Positions 26,349 through 35,408 of a DNA stretch of 47,285 nt are shown piece after piece. The translations under genes and the position numbers were made by a program. The stretch's first letter is position 1; every line of letters begins with the position of its first letter. The stretch is from a virus. Taxonomy: Duplodnaviria > Caudoviricetes. The DNA is taken from IMG/VR virus record IMGVR_UViG_3300002180_000019, positions 1 through 47,285 of that record. One strand, given 5' to 3'. Under the pieces are notes generated by a model, which worked only from the letters and a program-made list of their open reading frames with translations, was not told where the DNA came from and did no database searches.

Positions 26349-28163
26349 CTAATCTACATATCTTAAAACATAATCAGTAAACCTTCCAGAAGCCTGTCCC
26401 TTTGATTGATTAATATTTAACCCTGGTAAACTAACATCAAAATCTCCTGTTGGAGAGTAGTAGCTTGTTGCAAGACAGGTCAAGTCTGCTATTGCTTGAT
26501 TCAGCGATCCAATTTCTCCACAGAGACTTCCTGACAATGCAAGCATTGATGGCAGTATAATAGCTCCGTTTCCAAGAGACTCTCGACTTGTAATTCCTGC
26601 AACTTTAAGTGCTGGTAAACCCGAGTCAAATAAGCCTATGCTATCTGCAGAACCATAACCTTCCAACCTCAAAGAAGGAAGACTTTTATCTAAACTTGCT
26701 ATAACATGAACAGTCCCTGTTGCATCAACTTCCAGGCTCAATTTAATATCTGTTGCTGCGGCTCCGGCACTTGACTCAAGAGTTATTCCAGGAAGCTCAA
26801 AGTCTGCATATCCTACTTTGCCTGTACTGCTGGCTACTGTAATTTCAAGTGTTGGAAACTCAATAGCTGCTTTTGCTCCTGCAAGTGAGTTCATCTCCAA
26901 AGTAGAAAGAACAACTTCTCCATCTCCAATTGGATGAACAGCAGCTACCCCAGTAGATGTTATTCCAGGTAATGTTACAGCAAGACAATTCCCAGTTCCT
27001 GCTACTATTGTAAAGGCTGGAAATGTAACATCACCAGTTGCACCCAAAAAGCCTGTAGCAGTAGCTGTTAAAGCAGGGAGAGTGCTAGCTGCATCAACAC
27101 CTGTATAGTCCAAATAAACAGTCCCTGCTGTATGAGCATGAGAACTGCTATGGGATTCTATTCCATTAAGGAGTATATCTCCTGTAGCAGTATGCCCATG
27201 CTGAGGACTACTTACTGTAAGTATATGATCTTGAACAAGAGCAGGAACTTCTGCAGTATGCTTATGCTGACCATCATACGAAGTAAGGACAGCCGTTCCT
27301 GAAGCCTCAAGCACACCAGTAAGATAGAAGTCAGTTGATACATCTCCTATTTTACCCTCAAACCTTGCAAACCCATCTAGTCCTGTAACAATCCAGGCAT
27401 GCCCGGCTTCATTGTTATAAAAGTCATCCCCAGAGCCTTTCTTTCTGATTCCATAAAGACGATCATATGTTGGATCAAAAACTTCTACTACACAAGCTTC
27501 AGCTCCGGACACTGTAATATCTTGCCAACTGCCTGTAATAGCAAGAGACTTATCTGTTGAATTTGCAGGAAATTCTCCTACTGTTAAATAGCCATATATA
27601 AAAACAGAAGTAGAAGAAGTCTGCATTGTCCTTACTTCAATCTTACGATCTTCGTCTACTCCAACAATAACTCCATATCCTGTCCGATCCAAGCAATATC
27701 TATTATCACTTGAGCCATTCTTACGGAAGCCATACCAAGTCTTCTGACTCTGAAACAGTATAACAGCTTTAGTACCTACAGGTAATGAACCTGACAAATC
27801 AGTATCATTCCATACTTCATCTCCTGTTGTTGGAATTCCTATGCCATGAGTAAAGAAAACAGCTTCATCATTAAAGTAACCTATTATCTTAAACTTAACA
27901 TCAGTATGGTTTACATACCCTTGACAATAACCATTTACATCTACCCCTACAAAAACCTGAGTATGAGTGTCCTTTCTTAAATAGCCTGTATGACTATCAG
28001 ATGAGCCTTTCTTTCTGAGTATGAATTGCCTTTCAAGGACAGATCCCTCATTAATTACAAGAATAATTACTCCTGTCGCACTTGATGGAACACTACAGTT
28101 AATATCTGTCCATGAGCCAGAAGCTATACTTCTATCTTGAGCAGTTGTATAAATTACAGCCAT
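26349..28163 (-). CDS. Tail-fibre-like repeat protein
   Basis: Three W.D...RKxGSxD repeats, three HxHTA repeats, many LPxLx repeats. Confidence 0.6.
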   Translation of the reverse strand: MAVIYTTAQDRSIASGSWTDINCSVPSSATGVIILVINEGSVLERQFILRKKGSSDSHTGYLRKDTHTQVFVGVDVNGYCQGYVNHTDVKFKIIGYFNDEAVFFTHGIGIPTTGDEVWNDTDLSGSLPVGTKAVILFQSQKTWYGFRKNGSSDNRYCLDRTGYGVIVGVDEDRKIEVRTMQTSSTSVFIYGYLTVGEFPANSTDKSLAITGSWQDITVSGAEACVVEVFDPTYDRLYGIRKKGSGDDFYNNEAGHAWIVTGLDGFARFEGKIGDVSTDFYLTGVLEASGTAVLTSYDGQHKHTAEVPALVQDHILTVSSPQHGHTATGDILLNGIESHSSSHAHTAGTVYLDYTGVDAASTLPALTATATGFLGATGDVTFPAFTIVAGTGNCLAVTLPGITSTGVAAVHPIGDGEVVLSTLEMNSLAGAKAAIEFPTLEITVASSTGKVGYADFELPGITLESSAGAAATDIKLSLEVDATGTVHVIASLDKSLPSLRLEGYGSADSIGLFDSGLPALKVAGITSRESLGNGAIILPSMLALSGSLCGEIGSLNQAIADLTCLATSYYSPTGDFDVSLPGLNINQSKGQASGRFTDYVLRYVD

Positions 28164-28173
28164 CTTTTATCCC

Positions 28174-28905
28174 CTACGGAGTTGCAGGTAAAGTTATCTG
28201 AAAAGTATCAAGTGTAACAGTTGCTCCTAATGTAATTGAAGTCGAAGACATATTTAACTGTCCTCCACTTGTTGCGACAGCTCCATCAAATCTTTTGTAA
28301 CTTTCACTTGCTCCAGTTCCAACAGCATTATCATAGAACCTAAACCATCCTGCTGTCCCTGTAGCAACCGCAACACCAGACCAAACACCTGAATCCTTTG
28401 CTATTACTCCAGCAGAGGCCGCTCCAAATTCAAGTCCTGCACTTTCTGATCCTGGAGTATGAGCACCACTTGCTACTGTAATAGTAGCCAATAATGTCCC
28501 TGTCTCTGCATCATCAGAGTCTGTAGGCTGCGCTCCAGAATAGATTCGGATGATTCCATCTTTCATTACATCTTTAAATGATCCACCATCTGAACCTATA
28601 ATTACTCCACCTGCAGGAAAAGCTTCTGCTGTGTCAAAGCTGCCAGTTGCAAATGTCATTGTTCCAGCAGCTACACTTAATACAGTATATGTTCCATCAT
28701 TCGCTCCTGTTGTAGATCCTTGGGTCTTGATTACCATCCCTGTCTTAAATCCTGCAGTAACAAAACCGCTACCACTGTCAGTAATCGAGTCTACTCCTGC
28801 TCCTCCATCAACATAGGCTAGTGTAGCTCCTACTATAACAGCAGGAGCATTTCCAACCTCGCCTAGCATTGCATTTCTTAATCCTGTGCTTAATTGTAAA
28901 GACAT
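28174..28905 (-). CDS. Tail structural protein
   Basis: STGLRNAML, IYSGAQP, ATGTAGWFRF, RFDG, LNMSSTSI; Gly/Ala/Thr-rich. Confidence 0.6.
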   Translation of the reverse strand: MSLQLSTGLRNAMLGEVGNAPAVIVGATLAYVDGGAGVDSITDSGSGFVTAGFKTGMVIKTQGSTTGANDGTYTVLSVAAGTMTFATGSFDTAEAFPAGGVIIGSDGGSFKDVMKDGIIRIYSGAQPTDSDDAETGTLLATITVASGAHTPGSESAGLEFGAASAGVIAKDSGVWSGVAVATGTAGWFRFYDNAVGTGASESYKRFDGAVATSGGQLNMSSTSITLGATVTLDTFQITLPATP

Positions 28906-28918
28906 TTTACTTCTCCTT

Positions 28919-29830
28919 TTAAGGTTCTAACAAGCAGATATACTTATCATTCTTGACTATTCCAGAGCCGTAAGATGCTGCTGGATAATCCAACGAATCC
29001 CTTGTAAGATTTACAAAGTTTCCACTACTTCCTCCAATACATATTCCTTTTGTTGTTGCAAAAATAACAGCCCTTCCTAAACTATTCAAGCCCTCAATAA
29101 TAGAACTATTCATCTTAACAGCAGTTCCCTCAACAGGAGGGTAATCAGCTACAGTAATAAACTCAAACTCTTTTGGCTCTCTTCCCGACAGAAAAATTAT
29201 ATCTTTATCTGTTCCAATGTACATTCCATCTGATACAGAAGCAACCATTTTTAAATCACCTTCGAATATAATATAATCCCTCGCAGGGTCATATAGATTA
29301 TAGGAGAATGGTCTACTGTACCATAAAACTTTACCTTGGGCTATATACATTCTTCCGGCATAAAGCTCAAGTAACTTCCCGACAGGGGCACTTACAAATT
29401 GCTTAACTGTTTCTGGCCCTTTATAAGTGCTCCTTGCCCAGACGTAGCTTGTGTCACCCTGAACATACCCGTTCTCAAATCCATTAGTATAATATATCTT
29501 AGACTCTACCTTAGCATATGACATTCGAGCATTAAGGGTCAAGCCGCTTCTTAAACCTTTCCTTGAAAAGTCCTTATAGAGCCTGTACAAATGCTGATCA
29601 GATATAAACAAACTATCCTGACCTTCAGCAAAAAGGCTATGAACTGACTCAGTTCTATTAGTAGCAGTAAATCCACTTCTCCTTTTAATCCTTCTCATAT
29701 GATCTATATCTACATTATAAGCCGCTCCCAAGAAAGGGACACCATTTTCAGGACTAAAAGGAAACTCTACTGAATCAACTATATTGTTCAAGCCTCCAGA
29801 CTGCTTAAGAATTACCATCTCCTTTGCCAT
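28919..29830 (-). CDS. Tail nozzle/stabilisation-like beta-propeller protein
   Basis: NVDID..R.KRR.G, GRMYIA, LWYS.P; follows the adaptor gene. Confidence 0.55.
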   Translation of the reverse strand: MAKEMVILKQSGGLNNIVDSVEFPFSPENGVPFLGAAYNVDIDHMRRIKRRSGFTATNRTESVHSLFAEGQDSLFISDQHLYRLYKDFSRKGLRSGLTLNARMSYAKVESKIYYTNGFENGYVQGDTSYVWARSTYKGPETVKQFVSAPVGKLLELYAGRMYIAQGKVLWYSRPFSYNLYDPARDYIIFEGDLKMVASVSDGMYIGTDKDIIFLSGREPKEFEFITVADYPPVEGTAVKMNSSIIEGLNSLGRAVIFATTKGICIGGSSGNFVNLTRDSLDYPAASYGSGIVKNDKYICLLEP

Positions 29831-29968
29831 TTACCTGTTCCTCTTAGCAACTTTCTTCCAGCCTGTTCCTTTAGGAGGAAGCTTCTCACTTCCATATAAG
29901 GCCTTATGCCTCTTCTTCCTTTCCGCAGCTGTTCTAGGTTTGCCAAACCTTCTCATTTTAGCAATCAT
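29831..29968 (-). CDS. Very basic 45-aa peptide
   Basis: MIAKMRRFGKPRTAAERKKRHKALYG...; ATG 29968 after GGAG. Confidence 0.6.
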   Translation of the reverse strand: MIAKMRRFGKPRTAAERKKRHKALYGSEKLPPKGTGWKKVAKRNR

Positions 29969-29970
29969 AA

Positions 29971-30600
29971 TTAGTATCTCCAAACACTTCTTGAAACATG
30001 AAGCCTTCGCTTTGCAACCCACTCTCGTAGTAAAGTCAAACCATCTTCGAAAAGTGCTCTTTGAGCGTTAGTGTTTGTTTTATCTCCATCCTCTAATCCA
30101 TCTTCAATCATATCAAACCCAAAAGAGGCTGCACCAGAAATAATAACCTGCCTATGCAAATACTCAGGTAAACCTTCAGGAACACTAGTTGCCAAGACCA
30201 TTCGTGTAGCCTTCCTTCTATACAGAACCAGCAAAGACTCAGCAGCACTAGGTATAGGCTGATAATATAAAAGACTCCCCTCTCTAGCTACAGCTGCAAC
30301 ATTTCCTACCTCCGCCATAGTTGGATACCTCTCAATTAGCTCGTCAAGGGTAATTAAGTCTAGATCGCCACTTGTATCGCCTACATATAATAGCCTACCA
30401 TCGAAGGCACTTGGAAGGTTAAGGTATGCTTGACCAAGTACAGTATTTACGGATGCCATAGTCTTAAAACCTGGAACATCTGCTAAATCAATAGCAACAT
30501 CCACTGTATCATTAATCCAACCACCTAAGCGACTGGCAATATCATCACTCGTGTCCTGAAGCTTTACCTGGAGTTCAACCTTTAGTTCACTAAAGTTCAC
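29971..30600 (-). CDS. Head-tail adaptor protein
   Basis: GTG start; WIND, YLNLPSAF, YQPIPS, PEGLPEYLH; position after the capsid genes. Confidence 0.65.
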   Translation of the reverse strand: MNFSELKVELQVKLQDTSDDIASRLGGWINDTVDVAIDLADVPGFKTMASVNTVLGQAYLNLPSAFDGRLLYVGDTSGDLDLITLDELIERYPTMAEVGNVAAVAREGSLLYYQPIPSAAESLLVLYRRKATRMVLATSVPEGLPEYLHRQVIISGAASFGFDMIEDGLEDGDKTNTNAQRALFEDGLTLLREWVAKRRLHVSRSVWRY

Positions 30601-30610
30601 TTCAACCTCC

Positions 30611-30649
30611 GAAAAGGGACAGAGCCAATTCTCTGTCCTTTCTTCTTTT
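30611..30649 (-). terminator. Intrinsic terminator after the capsid module
   Basis: Minus strand GGACAGAG-AATTGG-CTCTGTCC, then CTTTTC. Confidence 0.65.
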
Positions 30650-30651
30650 AA

Positions 30652-31167
30652 CTATTGAATCCTGCTTATTAACATATGACATCTTGCAACACCAGCTGTT
30701 TGCGCTGCTATGATAGGAGCATAAATAACAGGCATACTATCATAATCTGCACCAGTAATAATCAAGTGCCCTATTGTACCTTCAGCCTTTGCTTTTGCCC
30801 AATCCGCTCCGGTGACAGCACCATCTGTATCAATAGCAATAGTCCCACCAGGGAATACTCCAGGAGTCTCAACCGTTGCCATATCAGTACCTTCAGCCAT
30901 ATATCTGGTATCATCTGTATCTGTCAATACACCTGCTGCAGTAATTGTACCGTAGCCAATACCTGTAATAGCATTATCATCAGTAAAGCCTGTACCTACT
31001 ACTACCATAACTTCATGGACAAATATATTACCTCCGACCAAAGGAAACCCAAACAGAACAGCATCATCTCCAGTATCTGCATAACCAAACTCTGCAGACA
31101 CTATCCAAAAAGGATTAATTCTTACATTAGATCTTACATCGACTCTTCTCAAGTCATTTGTAGCCAT
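30652..31167 (-). CDS. Putative capsid decoration/cement protein
   Basis: Beta-rich, downstream of the capsid gene; weak similarity to 31218-31631. Confidence 0.5.
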   Translation of the reverse strand: MATNDLRRVDVRSNVRINPFWIVSAEFGYADTGDDAVLFGFPLVGGNIFVHEVMVVVGTGFTDDNAITGIGYGTITAAGVLTDTDDTRYMAEGTDMATVETPGVFPGGTIAIDTDGAVTGADWAKAKAEGTIGHLIITGADYDSMPVIYAPIIAAQTAGVARCHMLISRIQ

Positions 31168-31190
31168 TTCAATACCTCCAATTAAATCTA

Positions 31191-31209
31191 AGAAACGTCA
31201 AACATTAAC
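31191..31209 (+). repeat. Dispersed 19-bp motif, copy 6
   Basis: AGAAACGTCAAACATTAAC plus GTGGTTGCTTA; intergenic. Confidence 0.85.
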
Positions 31210-31217
31210 GTGGTTGC

Positions 31218-31631
31218 TTAATGCACCACAGCAAAACTTCCAAAGACTGTAAAAGTTCCAACTGTGGTAGCTCCATCATCATCACAAGTAAGCGTTATAA
31301 CACCACTTGCACTGTCGAAATACTTTCCATCCGCCCACACAGCACTTCCTGCAACAGAGGTTTTTAGCCCTACTAAAGTAGGATCACACTCCAAAGTAGT
31401 CATAAAAGCATCTGGATCTGCTGTATCTCCATTACCAATAAAGCCTATAGTAATAGTCGGAGCGCCTGCTCCAATAGAGTAGGCTGTCTCAATCCAAAGC
31501 CATAGTTGCTTTACAAAAGCAAACTTAGGTACACGAATCAGGTTGTATGTTCCATCTGTAGGCTCAATTAACTTTTTACTTCTGGCAAGGCGGATATTAT
31601 CTGAAAACGAATTTGTATAAAAATCAGCCAT
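31218..31631 (-). CDS. Putative capsid decoration/cement protein
   Basis: VPK.A.V...ETAY...TITIG...ADPDAF; directly after the capsid gene. Confidence 0.55.
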   Translation of the reverse strand: MADFYTNSFSDNIRLARSKKLIEPTDGTYNLIRVPKFAFVKQLWLWIETAYSIGAGAPTITIGFIGNGDTADPDAFMTTLECDPTLVGLKTSVAGSAVWADGKYFDSASGVITLTCDDDGATTVGTFTVFGSFAVVH

Positions 31632-31643
31632 TTCATAACCTCC

Positions 31644-32699
31644 TTACTCTATGCGAGAACCCCAAGAGCTCCCTGTAACTATTCCAAAGTCTCTATCCTG
31701 ATAGACAACCTTCTCAACTCCAAGAATCCCTCCACCTCGAATGTTAACATACCTCTTAGCATCAGTCTCATAAGGAACAAATGCCATTGTAGAAGACTTA
31801 CTCTCACCAGCACCACCCCAAGCTATAACAGCTGCTTGAGCACCCAGCAAAACATTCCGAAAGACTCCAGCAGTTGCATCAGTACCATCTTCAACCATCT
31901 GCCGAATCCTTTCACTTTTTGCAATAAGCATTCCATTATACTCAATCTCAACATCTGGAACTTGAAGCTTATTAGCAGCTCGCTGCAGATCTCCCCATTG
32001 TCCTACATTAGTGTTAAGTCGAAGTCGATCAAAGACAAAATTATGCAAATAAACCCTGAAATATTTCTTTCCCTTTAACATCAAAGGTCTTACTTTGAAA
32101 GACGAACTAGATGCAGGATTCTCTGCTCTTTGCTTCATTGCGTCCAAAAAACTTAAGTCCAAAATATCTGCGCTGGTCATAGAAGCTTCAGCAACATCAT
32201 TTACCTTCAGCCAGTGGTCTGTATCAGGATCAGTTGGATCTTGCGCAAAAGTTTCACCCGCAATTTTAAATGTAGTATCCCCACATAAATGAGCAAAAGC
32301 CAGATTAGACAGCTTATCTGCCCACCAATCCTGGAGACCTCCTTTACCTTCTACCATTAAATCATAAGGAACTCTTTGCTGCTCCATTCTACCACCAGTA
32401 TGAACAGCATGATTTAACTCCTCAATGCCAACCTTAAAATCCTTGAATATGAGCTTCTCTTCGTTGCCTTCTACAGTATTTCTACCAACAATACCTTCTC
32501 CAGTCAAGGGTAGTCTGACACCAAAAGTAATCTCATCGCCATCGCCCTTGCCTAACTCTGTTTTCATTTGAATAATAGAGTCATCACCTTTTCCTACTAA
32601 GGTATTTATCTCTGTAGCTGGCAGTAATATCTTAAACAGATCTCGTGCCCATTTCTTTCTTGTCAATGCATCATTTGTAAGAAAAACAGTTTCAGCCAT
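31644..32699 (-). CDS. Major capsid protein (DUF4043 / N4-gp56-like)
   Basis: ELGKGDGDEITFG, LTGEGI.G...EGNEEKL, LLGAQA; portal-scaffold-capsid order. Confidence 0.85.
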   Translation of the reverse strand: MAETVFLTNDALTRKKWARDLFKILLPATEINTLVGKGDDSIIQMKTELGKGDGDEITFGVRLPLTGEGIVGRNTVEGNEEKLIFKDFKVGIEELNHAVHTGGRMEQQRVPYDLMVEGKGGLQDWWADKLSNLAFAHLCGDTTFKIAGETFAQDPTDPDTDHWLKVNDVAEASMTSADILDLSFLDAMKQRAENPASSSSFKVRPLMLKGKKYFRVYLHNFVFDRLRLNTNVGQWGDLQRAANKLQVPDVEIEYNGMLIAKSERIRQMVEDGTDATAGVFRNVLLGAQAAVIAWGGAGESKSSTMAFVPYETDAKRYVNIRGGGILGVEKVVYQDRDFGIVTGSSWGSRIE

Positions 32700-32711
32700 C
32701 TTTATTACCTC

Positions 32712-33518
32712 CTACTTCAATAAACCTTTTAAATACTTACTATAAACATCCTTTGGAACAGTATTAAGTTCCTCCTCAGGCATGTTATCTATCCTCTTAG
32801 CTGTCCAACCTTCTTGATCTGAACCGCTACCTCCTCCAAGAGATGAAACACTTGTCGCTCCTTTTAAAGGTGTAGCCGTTCTTGTTTTACCACCATAGTT
32901 AGGATGGTTTTCTTTTATCTCTTTATACATGAACTTGTAGGGATTCGGCATGCCCCATATGCCAGCTTCAATCTCTGGAATTACATCCTTAACATTTCCA
33001 CCGTTCTCTTTTACATAGGCTTCTGCCATAACTTCGATCATATCATCAAAATTAGCTTGAGAGACAACCTCATCTACATCCTCAAACTTAGGATTAACTT
33101 TCATGATCTCCAAAAGGTTTTCTAATTGAGTATCCCTAGTATCCTTAGCTAACTTGGTACTAGCTGCATCCTCCTCCTCACCCTCCGGCATCAGATTAGC
33201 ATCTTTCAGAATTTTCCCAAATTTATCCAGCTGAGCAGTTAACCCATCCTTTTCCCTCTTTGAATCTCGAAGCACCTGTCTAAGTTCTCGTATCTCATCC
33301 CCCTGTGTTCCAACAACCTCTTCTACAGTGGGTTTAACAACCTCTTCTTTTTTAGTTTCAGTTTCAGTTTCTTCTTTTATTTCCTCTTCTTGTTTCTCTT
33401 CTTTTTCCTCTTCACCAGAAGTGGATTCTTCCTCACCATCTCCAGCTTCTTTAGTCTCAAGCGAGTTATCAACAACTTCCTCTTTTACTTCTTCCTCAAC
33501 TTGCACTTCAGCTCCCAT
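32712..33518 (-). CDS. Capsid scaffolding protein
   Basis: Very acidic N-terminus and coiled coil; between portal and capsid. Confidence 0.7.
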   Translation of the reverse strand: MGAEVQVEEEVKEEVVDNSLETKEAGDGEEESTSGEEEKEEKQEEEIKEETETETKKEEVVKPTVEEVVGTQGDEIRELRQVLRDSKREKDGLTAQLDKFGKILKDANLMPEGEEEDAASTKLAKDTRDTQLENLLEIMKVNPKFEDVDEVVSQANFDDMIEVMAEAYVKENGGNVKDVIPEIEAGIWGMPNPYKFMYKEIKENHPNYGGKTRTATPLKGATSVSSLGGGSGSDQEGWTAKRIDNMPEEELNTVPKDVYSKYLKGLLK

Positions 33519-33528
33519 CTTACACCTC

Positions 33529-35349
33529 CTAAGGTTTTGCTGCTGCTGGCTTAGCCTTAGCCCTCATCAGCTGTTCTTCACGCTCTAAGCGTGCTTCATT
33601 ATATTCCCTAACTCGAGTCTTTGCGCTCAATGGCACATCCATATAATCAAGAATTAAGTCGGGAGGAATAGCTCCTGGATTATTTTGAGAATATTCCATA
33701 AGCATAGTTGCAATCTGTTTTTTCATGGTAACATTCTCTGATGTTTCATCTATTTCCAGATCATATTTTCCTGCAGTTATATCATTAAAGCCCTTTGATT
33801 GAGGATTCAACTGAGAATTAATCTGCACAAGTTGCATCCCTTTTGGGCCTTCCATTCTAATAGCTCTTTCTGTTGTAACATACTGTTGTATGTAAGAAAG
33901 TAATTGCTTTCCACCTTTAATTCGACTGCGCCGAAAGTTCTTAAAGATCAAATACAGGACAGCAATATTAGATTCTAACCGAAGTCTTGCAGTAACTCCA
34001 GGCTCTCTAGAACTTGTTTGTATTCCCAGAAACGGATCTTGTATCCCAGAACTATTCTTTATAGCCTCTGAATATACTTGATCCAGAACAGTATATATAT
34101 TACTGATTGTAGGCTGATCTGAGAATTTAATCCTTCCTGCAGCAAGAGAACCTCTTGCAAGCTCCATCCTAAAATTGGGAGAAGCTGACCTCTTATCATA
34201 CTCATCTGTATTAAGAATAGTATTTACTTCATGCATCAAGATTCCCTTTGGAGCAGTTTGCAGCAGATGAGACAGTTGTCTCCTCATTGTATTCAATGCT
34301 CTTTGAGGATCTTTCATCATCTCTATTGCACTAAACCAAACATTCTTATCTTCATCTTTATAAGCTCCATACATAATATAAGGAAAATCTAGATGGTTAT
34401 AAGGACTTTTTCCTGATTCAAGAAGAAGGCTCCCAGAAAATATTGCAGTATGGACAAACATTTTGACCCCTTCATAAGGGGTAGGAGGTGCGTCCATCTG
34501 AAGTTTTTTATCTCCTGGGAGCGCAATTCCTTTTTGAAGATTAATTACAAACTCATTCCATTCTTTAGGAACAAGCCAATCAGGCTGCTGAGTTATAGGA
34601 TTTATGAACCAGATAACAGTTTCTGGCTCTCGATACCAGGCTTCTAATATTCTATACTTCTTCCTTGCTAGATCAAAGTAAGATGGTGCATCTGAACTAG
34701 AATTTCCTTGGCCCATTTGATTTATTTGAGCTGCAAATTTAGGCCAATATCTTAGAATATCAGTCTTATCAAACCACTTGTTTACAAACATATATCGAGC
34801 ATCTGATAAGTCATACTCTATAGAGTCTGGATCAAGGAATCCATCCCTCCCAGGCATTCTCTTCGCTTTTATTTCTGGCTCGAATGGATTCTCTGAATCT
34901 ATATGGAAGTGCAAAAAAGATCTTCCTGATTTAATTCCATGCTCAAAACAATCCATTTCAAGATCAGATAATCCCATTGCATTGCGATAGTGCTTGAATG
35001 TCCCATTTAATAATTCAGCCAAAGCCTCATCTTCCATACCAACAGGAAGAACAGTAGGAACTTGTCTTATTTGATCAGCTATTCCAAGTAAGCTATCTAC
35101 CTTTGGCTTTACCTCATTAAAGACAGCCCCAGGTCTACCTTGTAATTCGAGAGATGCTTTGACCTCCGGAGTATCTTGATCACCAGCATAGAATTCATAG
35201 CTCTCTTTCGCTTTCTCTCTCCATGTAGTTTCTGAAACAGACCTCTCAGAATCCAATAACCAAGTCTCAAGTTTAGTAAGCAAGGCTTGATCTTCTGCAG
35301 ACTTACTGTCTCCTACTATACTTATTTCTGGCTTATCTACGATATTCAA
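33529..35349 (-). CDS. Portal protein (P22-like)
   Basis: EFYAGDQ, GRP...FNEVKPKV, MKDPQRALN, DITAGKYDL; TTG start 35349 after AGGAG. Confidence 0.88.
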   Translation of the reverse strand: MNIVDKPEISIVGDSKSAEDQALLTKLETWLLDSERSVSETTWREKAKESYEFYAGDQDTPEVKASLELQGRPGAVFNEVKPKVDSLLGIADQIRQVPTVLPVGMEDEALAELLNGTFKHYRNAMGLSDLEMDCFEHGIKSGRSFLHFHIDSENPFEPEIKAKRMPGRDGFLDPDSIEYDLSDARYMFVNKWFDKTDILRYWPKFAAQINQMGQGNSSSDAPSYFDLARKKYRILEAWYREPETVIWFINPITQQPDWLVPKEWNEFVINLQKGIALPGDKKLQMDAPPTPYEGVKMFVHTAIFSGSLLLESGKSPYNHLDFPYIMYGAYKDEDKNVWFSAIEMMKDPQRALNTMRRQLSHLLQTAPKGILMHEVNTILNTDEYDKRSASPNFRMELARGSLAAGRIKFSDQPTISNIYTVLDQVYSEAIKNSSGIQDPFLGIQTSSREPGVTARLRLESNIAVLYLIFKNFRRSRIKGGKQLLSYIQQYVTTERAIRMEGPKGMQLVQINSQLNPQSKGFNDITAGKYDLEIDETSENVTMKKQIATMLMEYSQNNPGAIPPDLILDYMDVPLSAKTRVREYNEARLEREEQLMRAKAKPAAAKP

Positions 35350-35365
35350 CTTATTTCTCCTAACA

Positions 35366-35384
35366 AGAAACGTCAAAAATTGAC
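35366..35384 (+). repeat. Dispersed 19-bp motif, copy 7
   Basis: AGAAACGTCAAAAATTGAC, just upstream of the portal RBS. Confidence 0.88.
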
Positions 35385-35408
35385 ATAATCAGACTTATCC
35401 ATCCTTTG

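Noticed and set aside
35366-35385. 19-bp motif as a sigma70 -35 element (TTGACA)
   Set aside because: Several copies read TCGAC or TTAAC, I saw no consistent -10 at 16-18 bp, and orientation does not follow the genes.
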